A DNA stretch of 32,000 nucleotides from a bacterium (GTDB lineage: Bacteria; UBP7; UBA6624; JBBIMK01). Under the pieces are notes generated by a model that was not told the origin of the DNA, did no database searches, and was given only the letters and a program-made list of their open reading frames with translations. The stretch is taken from assembly GCA_037444445.1 (NCBI GenBank), contig JBBIMK010000001.1:210001-242000 (forward strand), read 5' to 3'. Of this stretch, positions 31,465 to 32,000 are shown piece after piece (position 1 is the stretch's first letter; each line of letters begins with the position of its first letter). The translations under genes and the position numbers were made by a program.

Positions 31465-32000
31465 GGTCAGAATAGAAGGATTCTTTCACGACTGCGAGTT
31501 GAGTTCTCATCATCTCACAATCCGAATACGAAGCGGGAACTCGTCCAAAAATCACCCGGTCATAAAGTTCATTTGCCGAGTGAAAAGCATCCCTTCCCGG
31601 TTCCACAAGAACCCGAGCAAGTTTCCTTAAAATTTCCCAGTTCGTGAGCCCCTTTTCCAGTTCCAGTGGAAACACTTGCCTCTCATCCAGGTGGAGAAGA
31701 AAACCTCTATAAAGATACCGGATGGATTCACGATAATTTCCATCTTTTAGGGCTTGCTCTGCCATTTTGTATAGAGATTGAGAAGTTTCCCGAACAGAAG
31801 TTTTGGTAGGGGTAATGGAGGAAACACGGGAACCAGCTGTGAAGAAAAGATAGAGAGTTTGAAAAAGATAGAAAAGGACGACTCCCGTCAGCAGAAAAAC
31901 GAGGATGAGAGCCGGCTGAGAGAATCTTTCCATCCCTCTTAACACATACTCAGTCCATCGCTGGAAAAAATGTGCAACCCGACGAAAAAATACCGTCCAA
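31457..32000 (-). CDS. DUF4129-like membrane protein; the 5' end may lie beyond the window
   Basis: The track ORF starts at a GTG at 31945, but I find the frame open up to base 32000 (..WTVFFRRVAHFFQRWTEYVLRGMERF..). It has a TM followed by ..YRESIRYLYRGFLLHLDERQV...GLTNWEILRKL...ANELYDRVIFG, a DUF4129-like pattern. It overlaps the next gene by 8 nt. Confidence 0.5.
   Translation of the reverse strand, partial: WTVFFRRVAHFFQRWTEYVLRGMERFSQPALILVFLLTGVVLFYLFQTLYLFFTAGSRVSSITPTKTSVRETSQSLYKMAEQALKDGNYRESIRYLYRGFLLHLDERQVFPLELEKGLTNWEILRKLARVLVEPGRDAFHSANELYDRVIFGRVPASYSDCEMMRTQLAVVKESFYSDHA

Noticed and set aside
1-32000. CRISPR arrays, IS elements, integrases, toxin-antitoxin pairs, or known defence-system signature genes.
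   Set aside because: I saw no regularly spaced direct repeats, terminal inverted repeats, transposase, recombinase or Cas-like ORFs on reading both strands.

Overview
This is a compact, almost entirely coding chromosomal segment with about 31 protein genes and 2 tRNAs. I see no CRISPR array, transposase, integrase or IS ends. Many neighbouring genes overlap by 1-37 nt or abut with no spacer.

Gene order resembles Firmicutes or thermophilic lineages, but I cannot assign a taxon without a search.
- Minus strand, 1-5134: secD-secF-recJ-rel.
- Plus strand, 5331-16949: a YfcE-like phosphoesterase, an SbcD/YhaO-like phosphoesterase, a YhaN-like membrane-anchored SMC-type ATPase, a YhfC-like intramembrane protease, DUF72, trpS, fabF, a secreted S1-protease/beta-propeller fusion and a glycosyltransferase.
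- 17018-20217: a convergent paralogous glycosyltransferase, then ftsH.
- Minus strand, 20221-25190: one tightly overlapping operon, rpmH-rnpA-yidD-yidC-jag-(Cys-less thioredoxin-fold protein)-cmk-plsC.
- 25434-27969: an orphan gene, a PGRP/T7-lysozyme-type amidase directly downstream of tRNA-Val and tRNA-Asp, a Crp/Fnr regulator with an N-terminal Cys cluster, and a second orphan gene.
- Minus strand, 28013-32000: a DUF4129-DUF4350-MoxR-DUF58 module.

Most of this is housekeeping, and I cannot point to a clear-cut new multi-gene system. The most unusual items are:
- a YidC insertase with a ~215-aa Fn3-like repeat insertion in an atypical loop;
- an SbcD-like/YhaN-like/YhfC-like overlapping trio in which the phosphoesterase has lost the GNH(D/E) motif;
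- the protease-propeller gene followed by a convergent glycosyltransferase paralogue pair;
- SecF with a Pro/Ser-rich polybasic tail encoded by a G-run polypurine tract;
- the Crp/Fnr control region, with helically phased GATAT/ATATC half-sites and a pyrimidine-rich structured leader;
- several candidate leaderless mRNAs.

All family calls rest on motifs I read by eye. No database search was possible.
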